A stretch of 64,000 nt of DNA from NCBI RefSeq assembly GCF_004010195.1, contig NC_057753.1:10698135-10762134 (forward strand), given 5' to 3'. The notes below the pieces were generated by a model. The model was not told where the DNA came from, ran no database searches, and was given only the letters and a program-made list of their open reading frames with translations. This stretch comes from Chiloscyllium plagiosum. Lineage: Eukaryota. The position numbers and the translations under genes are program-made. Positions within the stretch are counted from its first letter, which is position 1. Each line of letters starts with the position of its first letter. Shown here piece after piece: positions 53,311 to 64,000 of this stretch.

Positions 53311-53959
53311 GAATTTAGTCATAGATTAAACCAAAGCTATTAATGTTTTCTACATCTGGTGTCATTTGCATCAATGCAGATAAAGCCTAAGCTACTATCA
53401 GCATTCTATTCATTAGGTTATGGAAACTCTGTCTTGGAAAGGACAGACACAAAATTATACCAAGATTTGTGCATTCTCATGGTCACTGTACTTAGCCATT
53501 TTGTAAGGCAAATTATTATGACAAAATGGAAATTCACAAAATGGACGCTTTTAGCTATTACTTCCATCATACTTTATCAGTCATGTATTAAGAAGATCAG
53601 AAATAGGAATGCGAATAGGTAATTGACTGTTGAAATGCACTGTCTTTTATCACCATTTATCTGAATTATTTTTCCTGCACTTTTTTTTCATAACTTCACA
53701 AGTGCTTATGATTTCAAGTAAACGCATGAAACTATAACCGGGTGTCGTGTGACTTATGACTAAAAAAAAAATTGATTGACGATGTTACTACACATTGTTG
53801 GAGCAGGGAGATTGGAATCTGGGCCTCGGCTCAGAGGTAGGGACACGACCACTGTGCCGCAAAAAAACCTCTGTCTGAAATAAGTCCTGTTCTGTTGAAT
53901 TAACGGGAACACCTTCCTTGCGAACGTGGGTTACGACCACTGTACCCCTAGAGCCCAAG

Positions 53960-55115
53960 TTTTTTTTTATTTCAAAAATATACTTTATTCATAAAATAAT
54001 TTGATGGTCTGTACAGTTGGTCATGCCATACTTATGTAAACATGTACATACAGAGATCAGAATTTATCATATTTTCACAGGTCTGTACATTTTTCCATTA
54101 TATGCCCATATAATTAGCTGAGGCGTCAGCAGAGCCCAAATGACTGCATGGTTCTTCGTTAGGCAGGCAGACTTTACACAGTGGTCTTTCCCCACCGCGC
54201 CTTGGCAGCATCTGCCCCAAGCTTCAGCGCATCCCTCAACATGTAGTCCTGGACCTTGGAATGTGCCAGTCTGCAACACTCAGTCGGGGTCAACTCCTTC
54301 AGCTGGAAGATCAGCAGGTCTCGGACCACCCAGAGAGCGTCCTTCACCGAGTTGATGATCCTCCAGGCACAGTTGATGTTCGTCTTGGTGTGCGTCCCGG
54401 GGAACAGGCCGTAGAGCACGGAGTCCCGCGTCACGGCGCTGCCCGGGACGAACCTCGACAAACACCACTGCATTCCTCTCCAGACTTCCTCTGCATAGGC
54501 ACATTCCAGAATGAGGTGTGTGACAGTCTCGTCCCCCCCCCGCAGGCTTGTGGTCAAAGGTGTTTTTCTTCATAAACCTCTCCACGAAGGACAGGTGCTA
54601 CGGAACGGTCCAACTACTCGGAGCGTTCCGCGGCAGCGAGGCCAGGCCCATCCTTCGCAACACCGGGGACAGGTAGAACCTCAGTACGTAGTGACACTTG
54701 GTGTTTGCGTACCGGGGATCCACGCACAGCTTGATGCAGCCACACACAAAGGTGGCCATCAGGGTGAGGGTGGCATTGGGTGTATTTTTTCCCCCGTTGC
54801 CCAGATCTTTGTACAGCGAGTCCCTTCGGACCCGGTCCGTCTTTGACCTCCATTTGAACTGGAAGATGGCCCGGGTAACTGCAGCGGCACAGGTTCTGGG
54901 AATAGGCCAGACCTGTGCAACGTATAACAGCAATGACAGTGCCTCACACCTGATGGCCAGGTTTTTTCCCGCGATGGAGAGCGACCGTAGCTTCCATCTG
55001 CCCAGTTTCTGCCTCACTTTGCTGATACACTCCTCCCAAGACTTGGCGCACGCCCCCAGCCCCTCCGAACCAAATACCCAGCACCTTAGGTGGTCGGTCC
55101 TGACGGTGAAGGAGA
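53960..55115 (-). mobile_element. Tx1-clade LINE 3' fragment with poly(A) tail
   Basis: KLGRWKLRSLSIAGKNLAIRCE..., DETVTHLILECAY and KARWGKTTV*, then a 3' UTR, AATAAA and A-run. Internal deletion near 54545. Confidence 0.8.
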
Positions 55116-55529
55116 TAAAGCTCTAAACAAAAGTAAGAGATGTCCAACTGCATTCAACAAGATATTGTTTTAGTAGATGAGAGAGGTTGTTCACGGGTGT
55201 TTTAATCTGCGTCTGATCTCTGAAGCTTCACCTTTCCTGTAACCCTTTTTAATCATAAAACCTTGTAACTTGTAACCATCCTGTTCTTCCAAAATATAAA
55301 TTATAATTCATGTTCTAGGTGGATTTGCAAAAATGGCAGGTGTCTATTTCCTAATGTGTATTGGGTGTACAGTATTGTAATAACGGCACTTAAATACAGC
55401 TGCTATTTCTCTACTTATCTGGATGTTGGCAGTTTCTTTAATTAGATATTGGTTCAGGGGCTTGGTGGTGATGGGGAATCTATCCTTGACTGAGAACAGT
55501 GTCACAGAGACAAAGCATTAGACTTTTTA

Positions 55530-57710
55530 AAACAAAGTTTCATTGAAAACCTCTGTACAAAATTATAAAATTTCAAAACTTTGAAAATATAACATTATAA
55601 CAACAATAAACCAGCTGCTACACTACTCAGCAAAGCAAATCAAAACCATTCGCATTACAGATAAATAAATAGTGCCGCTCAGCGCAACAAGACCATAGTT
55701 CTCGACCTTTGACAGCATTAATTATTACACCAACATTTGTTTGAAATTCTTCCTCTCCGGGCATCAGGTTTAACTAAACCAAACCGTCCCGACTAAACAA
55801 AGACCCTAATTAAAATGGCAGACAAAACTGCTTTCAGGTAACTCAGAAAGTGACGCCATAGTTTATAAAGACTTTCCATTTTTCATGTACCATATTTGTG
55901 GGAAAGTCCAAAGGAACATGTTCCATAATTAACTTACGCCACCCTGATAGACCCAGGGGTGTTCACAGACACCCAGCATATCAGAATATTCTTCCTCGTA
56001 CAAAAAGTGAGGATGTTTAGGAATATGAGTTTAGTAACCCCAGGAGGAGAGAGAGACCGGGTCCACCTTATCATTGGTCCCCAAGACCCTAAGTATTGTT
56101 CCTGCCACAGTGCTCCAATATATACGAGACTTGTAGGACCACAAGCAATGAGTGAGGGTACTTGTGCTTATTTTACACTTGGGGCACATTGAAGATGCTC
56201 CCTCCTTAAATTTCCTGAGATGATCTGGGGCCAGATGAACACCTATGAAGAATCTTTAACTGCATAGTATGTGTCCTATTACAGATCGAAATCTTCCTCT
56301 CATTCTCACAAATATCCTCCCATGTTTCCGAAGTGATCTTAACTCCTAACTCTCTATCCCAGACCTGACGTAGTCTCTCAATATCACCCAAGAAACACCC
56401 TTCCACCACAGCAGATGATAGAGCACTCACAGAGAGTGTTCTGAGCATGAAGCACCCACTTCTCTGTATCAGATCTATAACACTCAGTCAAAAGCGTAGT
56501 CCCTTTTCGAATAAAATCTCTAATGTGAAAGAAATTAAAGTGGTCCCTACTCGATAGTCCATACTTACGAATTACTTGATCAAAAGACATCATCACTTCA
56601 CCCTCAAACAAATCACCCAAACAAGAAACTCCGCTGTCTGCCCAAAGTTAAAACCTGGGGTTCATTATCCCTTGCCAGAAACCTGGCATGCCATCTATGG
56701 GAGTAAGAAAAGAAGTTTTACATATATTACCCTCCATCTGCCTCATTGCCCTCTATGCTTTAACAGTATTAGTAACTATTGGGTTATGGCAATGTTCCGC
56801 AACCTTTAAAAATTTTGCCTGAGAGGCCTCAATATCCTCATGTGTCCAATCACTTACAAAAGATAGAAGGGAACCTAATTGATGTCTTCTGATATCTGGG
56901 AGATCCATCACCCCCACCCCCCAATCCCTGGAGCAGTTGCAGTTTTGCAAGCTTAATAAGGGGCCACCTATGGCGCCAAATAAAAGAACTAAACCAATAA
57001 TTCAATTTCCGAAATGTTTGCCTGGGAAAAAGCCAAGGGAGCATCCACAGAGGGTAAAATTCGCAATCAAGAACATTCATTTTGATAAGAGCTACTCTAC
57101 CTCACCATTATGTTGGAAGGGCCATCTCTGAAAATCTTGAAAGACAGGGGTAATAGAAAGGCCAAAGTAAAGAAAACCTCCCTGTACCCGCTTAAAGGGA
57201 AACCTACCCTCAATGTCAGGTATTCACCTAAGGCCCACCCCCCCCAACTTTGAAAAATTTATCTTGTAACCTCTGAGAAAGAGCCAAATGAATTGATGCA
57301 CTGTATCAAATGGGGTACTGAAACTGTGGGTTCAAGAGAAAAATAAGAACATTATCTGCATATAACGTGATCTTGTGCACCTTTGGTCCCACCACTGGGG
57401 CAACTATATTCGGGTCCCTACAATAGCCTCCATCAGCGGCTCAATCACCAATGTGCAAAGTAAAGGTGAAAGGGGACAGCCTTGCTGACTGCTCCTACCA
57501 GTGTTAAAATTATTAGACCTTACACCAATGGTGAGAACTACTGCTATAGGATCACTGTAAAGGACCCTTAGCCATCTAGTAAACAGTTCACCCAACCCAA
57601 ACCGCTTCAGGATATATAAAAGATACAGCCACTCCACCCAGTCAAAAGCCTTCTCTGCATCCGGAAACCACCAACTCTCGAAACGATCGCTGCTGACACA
57701 TTTGAATCAT
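55530..57710 (-). mobile_element. L1-clade LINE ORF2 3' part, decayed
   Basis: DAEKAFDWVEW, QGCPLSPLL and KITLYADN motifs, plus C-terminal CPKC region. Confidence 0.8.
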
Positions 57711-57939
57711 CAGGTTTAGGTTAGGGTGGATTGGCCATACACAGATTGGGAAATATACTGTAGTGGTTGGGTTTGGGTAGGATGGTCTTTGGAGGGTCAG
57801 TATGGACTTGGTGAGCCAAATGGTCTACCCTTTCACTGAGGATTCTATGACACCCCCAAAGGAGCATTTTATCTGCATCTACCCTGTCAAGCCCCTTTCA
57901 GAATTCTATTGATTTCAATAAGATCACTTCTGGTTCTTA

Positions 57940-60280
57940 GTGTCATAGAGTCGCACAGCATGGAACAGACCCTTCGGTCCAACTCATCCATGTTGACCAG
58001 TATTTCCAAACTAAACTTGCCTGCGTTTGGCTCATATCCGTCTAAACTTTTCCATTCGTGTACCCATCCAAACGTCTTTTAAGTGTTGTAATTGTACCTG
58101 TGTCTACCATTTCCTCTGGATGTTCATTCACTCACAAACCACCCTCTGTGTCAAAATGTTGCCCCTCAGGTCCCTTTTTAATCTCTCTCCTCTAACCTTA
58201 AAAAAATGCCTCCTGGTTTTGAACACGAACCCACACTAAGGAAGAGACCTTTGCTATTCACCTTACCTACACCCCTCATGATTTTATAAATCTCTATAAG
58301 GTCACCCCTCAACCTCCTGCGCTCCAGTGAAAACGTCCCGGCCTCTCCTTATAACTCAAACCCTCCAGTCCTGGCAACATCCTTAAATTTTTCCAATCCC
58401 TCTCTAATAGTATTCTTCCTATAACAGGGTGACCAGAACTGTACTCAGTACTGTAAAAGTGGCCTCATCAACATCCGAGACAACCTCAACATGACGTCCC
58501 AACTCCTGTGCTCAGTGGTGTGAACAATGGAAGGCAACTGTGCTAAACGCCTTCTTAACCTCCCTGTGTATTAGTGAACGATGTAATGGGCAGGGTGGGG
58601 GGGTTTCTCCAACAAGACCCAGGGCCCTACCATTAACTGTACAAGTCCTACCCTTGTTTATTTTACCAAAATGCAACCCCTCACTTCTATCCATATCTCT
58701 CTCATACACACACTCTCTCTCAGACATACACACACATACACGCCCTCTCACAGGCTTATACTCAATTATACTCACACTTTACCAAGTGTGGAGACATGCA
58801 AACATGCACACTCGCACACACAAACTCACATGCACACAAGCACACATAAGTCTGTGGTGAATTTGCATTTAGAGTCAGATGTACAGCATGGAAACACATC
58901 CTTCAGTCCATCTCATCCAGGCAGACCAGATGTCCTAATCTAATCTAGTCCCATTTGTCAGCGTTTGGCCCATATATCTCTAAACCCTTCCTATTCATCC
59001 AGATGTCTTTAAAATGCTGTAATTATAACATTACACGCTCTGCATGAAAAAGTTGCCCCTCCGATTCCTTTTATATCTTTCCCCACTTATCATAAACCTA
59101 TGCCCTCTTGTTCTGGACTCCCCCACCCAGGAAAAGACTTTTTGTCTATTTATTCTATTCATGTCCCTCGTGATTTTATAAACCTCGAGACGGTGACCCC
59201 TGTTTTAAAAAATTCTCAAGGTCAGGTTCGTAGGAGAGTAGTCTGACACAGAACAAATGACCAAGAGGCGAGTCTGCTAGAATATGGGCATTTTATTCCC
59301 CGCATCGTCGCCACAACCAGGTCCAAACAACGGGTCTGGCTTATACTCACTCTACATGTTACCAAAACTGGGAGCCGTCAGTTCTCGTAGAGCGGTTGCC
59401 AACAACCCACGCTCGGCGGTTAAACGTAACCCCGGAGCAGACTCACCGAACTGGAGACTTTTCCAGCTGATATACTCTTTTCCAGATATAAACATTCATG
59501 TGAACAGCAGAGCAAGGCTAAAAAACACATTCCATTCTGGTTACATACAGATAAGAAGATTCACACGGGACTAAGCAACACCTCCATTCCGGTTAGATTC
59601 ACACATGTATTGGGACATAATTTTTAACCGTTTCACCACATTCCACTGCTTGGAATTTTACACCACAACCCCTCAGCCTATTCAACCTCTCCCTATCTCC
59701 CAAATCGTCCAACTCTGGCAACATCCGTGTAAACCTTTTTGAACCCTTTCAAGGTTCACAACTTCCATAGGTGGGAGACCAGAATTGCACACAACAATTC
59801 AAAAGTGGCCTTACCAGTGTTCTGTACAGCCACAACATGACCTCCCAACTCCTATAATCAATGCTCTGACCAACAAGGAAAGCATACCAAACGCTGCCCA
59901 CTCCAAGGTCTCTTTGTTCAGCAATACTCCCTTGGACCTTACCGTTAAGTATATAGGTCCTGCTCGGATTCGTTGTTCCAAAATGCAGTGCCTCGCATTT
60001 ATTTAAATTAAATTCAATCTGCCACTCCTCAGCCCATTGGCCCATCTGATCAAGATCCTGTTGTATTTTGAGGTAACCTCCTTCGTTGTCCACTACACCT
60101 CCAATTTTGGTGTCATCTGTAAACTTACAAAGTGTATCTTCAATGTTCACATCCAAATCATTTTATATAAATGATGAAAAGTAGCAAATCCAGCACTGAC
60201 TCTTGTGGACACCACTGGTCACAGATCTCCAGTCTGAAAACCAACCCTCCACCACCACCCTCTGTCTTCCACCTTTGAGC
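57940..60280 (-). mobile_element. CR1 LINE fragments including the RT C-terminal part
   Basis: KFTDDTKIGG..QQDLD..WAEEWQIEFN..LYRTLVRP. Confidence 0.8.
59201..59667 (-). mobile_element. Solo LTR inserted in CR1
   Basis: TG...CA termini, 5-bp TSD ACCCC (59196-59200 and 59668-59672), and AATAAA on the minus strand near 59295. Confidence 0.75.
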
Positions 60281-62153
60281 CAGAATTTGCAGAATTATAT
60301 TTGCAGATAGATTCAATTTTGCTCAAAAAGTGTACAATCTACAGGCAGTCAATCCATGTAATATTTTATGAATTCCTACTATGGAAATAGAACCAGCCTG
60401 ACTCAAAATTGGGATACGGACAGACTCAACTTCACATCTTTAATGCATTGTCTGAGCTAAAATGTCACCTTAAGTTACGTCGAGAATGTGACTTAAAAGA
60501 AGTTCCGTAATTTACACATTACTGAACCGAAACCTGCAATCCATTTCAAAAGGTGAAAGACTTAGCAGCAATCTAAGTTTGTTCAATATATCATTTCAGT
60601 TACACGACAGCGTAATCTTTTGCTACAAATTCTGTGCCTTATGATCCTACTCCACAGCTACCCGATGAAACAGCAATGCTCTGAAAGCTAATGCTTCCGA
60701 ATAAACATATCAAAGAACCTGGTATTGTGCGATTTTTAACTTTATCCACCCTAGTCCAACACCGGCTCCTCCACATTGGGCTGTCTTCATGAGAAACACG
60801 TCTCCCGCTGCTGCCAGTAAACTTTACAATGCTGATGAAACGATGAACCTGCAGGCCTGAAAAATTTACAATTTCTAACCATACTAGCTACTCATTCACT
60901 GCTCCTTTTGATACACGACATTGGAAACTTAGTGCTGGAGGCTGAAAGAAATGAGCAGCTTTAAAACAAAACCCTGTTGGATGTAATAGCTTTCAATGAG
61001 TGTTACAGCTTCAGAACTCCCCAGCAACAAGGCATACAAATAGTAGCTTTTTTCTTTAAATAGCTGAAGGTCAAAGTGCACACACTCCTCCCTCCCTCCC
61101 CCCCAAAACTTTACTAGCGGTCAGTTCATTTGTCCCTTTGTAATTGGATCCTTTGTAGGAAATATTGCCTCACTCAGCAACTTCAACCCATACACTGTAT
61201 CCAGATAAGTTTCTCCCTGCTCATTGGCTTTTGGAGGGGTGGGGGGGTGCACTTTGACCTAGAGCTGTTTTGTAAAAAAGCTACTTTTTCTACACCTTGT
61301 TGCTGGGGAGTTCTGAAGCTGTAACAAAGTTGGGTCGCAATAAAAGTTACCTGACTCATTAAAAGCTATGAGATCCAACAGGTTTTTGTTTTAAAGCTGC
61401 TCATTTCTTTCAGCCTCCAGCACTAAGTTTCCAATGTCATGTATCAGAAGGAGCAGTCAATGAGTAGCTAGTACTGTTAGAAATTGTAAATTTTTCAGGA
61501 CTGCAGGTTCATCATTTCATCAGCATTGTAAAGTTTACTGGCAGCAACAGCAGACGTGGGCTATATTCACTAGAAACGATGTGGAGGAGCCCATGTTGGA
61601 CTGGGGTGGATAAAGTTAAAGATCACACAACACCAGGTTATACTCCCAACAGGTTTATTTGAAAGCACTAGCTTTCGGAGCACTGCTCTTTTATCAGATA
61701 GCTGTGGAGCAGGATCGTAAGGCACAGAATTTGTAGCAAAAGATTAGTGTCATGCAACTGAAATGATATATTGAACAAACCTAGATTGCTGTTATTGCTA
61801 AGTTGCTGAAGTATTGCCTCACTCAGCAGTTTCAACCCATACGCTATATCCAGGTAAGTTTCTCCCTGCTCATTGGCTGGGATGGGGGGGCAATAGCAGT
61901 TAAGAATCAACCATACTGCTGTGGGTTTGGAGTCACATGTCAGCCAGACTGGGTAAAGAATGCAGCTGGGACCACTGAGTGAATCAGATGGGGTTTTTAT
62001 TTTACCCTGACAATGGTTTTATCGTTACATTCTGAACTCTGGATTTCTGACCGAATTCCAGTTCCACCATTTGCCTCGGTGGGGTTTTGAACTCCAGACT
62101 CCCCAGAACTAGGTTGATAGTCCGGTCCATAATGGCACTAGATTGACGCTCCT

Positions 62154-62785
62154 TCAATTCCCCCTGCGATGGCACATGAACTCGCTGGTGCCTCTGCAGG
62201 TAGGAGAAGCGGCTGAAGTCATTACCGCACTGACAGCAGGTGAACGGCCTCTCCCCCTTGTGGACCTGCTGGTGCTCCTGCAGATTACCCAGCTGACTGA
62301 AGCCCTTCCTGCAGTCGGGGAAGGTGAATGGCCGCTTCCCGGTGTGAACGCGCTGGTGCATTCACAGGATGCCCCCTGACTGAAGTCCTTCCCGCACACT
62401 GAGCAGGTGAACGGCCTCTCCCTGTGTGGCCCCGCCAGTGCCTCAGCAGGGCGGATGAATTGCTGAAGGCCTTCCTGCACTAGGGTCAGCTGAAGGGCCT
62501 CTCCTCGTTGTGGCCCCACCGTTGGGAAGCCTGGGTAAATCCCTTTCCGCACTCTGAGCAGAAAAACGGCCTCTCCCTGGCGTGGACTCAGCAGGGTGAA
62601 GGAATCACTGAAGCCCTTCCCGCATTCTGGGCAGGAGAAGGGCTTTGCCCCTCTGTAACTGCACCGATGAGTCTCCAGGGCAGACAGAGCACAGAAGCCT
62701 TTCCCATAGTCGCCACATTTACACGCTTTCGCCACATTTACACGCTTTCTCCACAGAGTGGGATTCCTCAGGTTTCTCCACGGCC
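62154..62785 (-). pseudogene. C2H2 ZNF pseudogene
   Basis: SALETHR first finger through [14 protein letters not shown]. Frameshifts include a 19-bp tandem duplication at 62711-62748. Confidence 0.85.
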
Positions 62786-63669
62786 AAAGCTTCAGCTGTA
62801 CACGAGCGCGTGTAAAGCCCCTCCTTGCCATGAATTCATCTTTCCAGGCCATATAACTGTTTCAGGCTCCACACTCAGTGTGCTGCAACATTAGGGTCTT
62901 TCATCCAGTCCCACTGATGCTGAAAACGTACTGAAACAAGAACCAAACTCTTTGCTCCTTCTCACAGAATCATAGTCGAAAATCGTTGCGGTCCCGATGG
63001 ATTGAGTGACTGTCAGATATTGACATGAAAGTGAGGACTGCAGACGCTGGAGAGTCAGGGTCGAAAAGTGCAGCGCTGGAAAAGCAGGTCAGGCAGCACC
63101 CGAGGAGCAGGAGAGTCAACGTTTCAGGCATAAACCCTTCATCTGTTAATTTTGAAACTTCCGTCTTCAGATCTTCAAATACTCTGTAAAAAGAGATTAC
63201 AAAAGTCATCACTGACTGTCAGTCCAAGGTAGAACTTCAGAACAGGCAGTTTTACTTTCTGCGGAACATTATTTTCTTTTGTAATTCCATGAAAATGAAA
63301 GCACCACTACACACTCATTCTCTCTCCCTCCCTTCTCACTCTGCTTTAACTAATTCTCCTGAAGGTGCTGATGTGCTGATTCAGGATCTTACAGGGGCGG
63401 AAAAGCAAAAGCATCAAGACTGACAATTTTGAATAACTCCACCTGAAAGTTAATATCTTCCATCACATTGTGATACTGCTGACAATGAGCAGGTTTTGGG
63501 AAGCAAAAAAAAGTTAAGTAAATTCAGGATGAACCTGCAATGCAGCTTCTTGAGAATCAACCAGACATGAAATGGTTAACCCCCCCGCCCGGGAAGGGAC
63601 GGAAATGTGAGACATCAAGATAGTGACACCAGAGAGAAATTGAACATACAAACCTGGGAAGCCAGAATC

Positions 63670-64000
63670 AGAGATATGCAGCTCAGAAACAAACCCTTCC
63701 ATCCAACTCATCCACGCCAACCAGATAGCCTGACCTAATCTATTCTAATTTGCCAGGACTTGGCCAGTGTCCTCCTAAAGCCTTCCTATTCATATACCCA
63801 TCCACATGCCTTTTAAATGTCGTAATTGTATCAGCATCCATCACTTCTTCTGGCAGCTCATTTCTTACACGCACCACCGTCTGCAAGAAGAGGTCCCTTT
63901 CAAATCTTTCAAACGTGTCTCCCCCCCACCCCACCCCCTCACCCTATACCTATTACCCTCTAGTTCTGGGCTCCCCCATTCCAGGGAAAACATCTTGTGT
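63670..64000 (-). mobile_element. CR1 3' fragment
   Basis: VVRVRNELPEEVMDADT motif and CR1 tail. Confidence 0.75.

Noticed and set aside
53330..53720. 5' LTR of the ERV
   Set aside because: No visible similarity to 45368-46335; part of it matches a different old repeat near 10700.
53800..53960. snRNA or tRNA target site for the Tx1 element
   Set aside because: No recognisable U2 or tRNA gene at the junction, only a decayed SINE-head-like stretch about 100 bp away.

Overview
Vertebrate genomic DNA, probably from a cartilaginous fish (inferred from HE1/V-type tRNA SINEs with (TCTAA)n tails plus dense CR1 and Penelope repeats). The window is a C2H2 zinc-finger (ZNF) gene cluster built from repeatedly duplicated and inverted modules. 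It holds one intact 8-finger ORF (31388-32077), six partial or disrupted paralogs and one further highly eroded remnant. These sit among CR1, SINE, Penelope (with hammerhead-like cores), L1, Tx1 and LTR relics. The standout feature is a nested insertion. A full-length but decayed R2 retrotransposon (about 47186-51431), normally specific to 28S rDNA, lies outside rDNA inside the env gene of an internally deleted class I endogenous retrovirus. The retrovirus itself sits just downstream of a ZNF stop codon. The R2 copy begins with about 26 nt of 28S rRNA sequence, and its 5' end can be folded by hand into an HDV-like ribozyme whose P1 helix uses the 28S-derived bases. Two assembly gaps (13968-14467, 34950-35333) limit structural inference. 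All calls come from reading motifs by eye; no database search was run.
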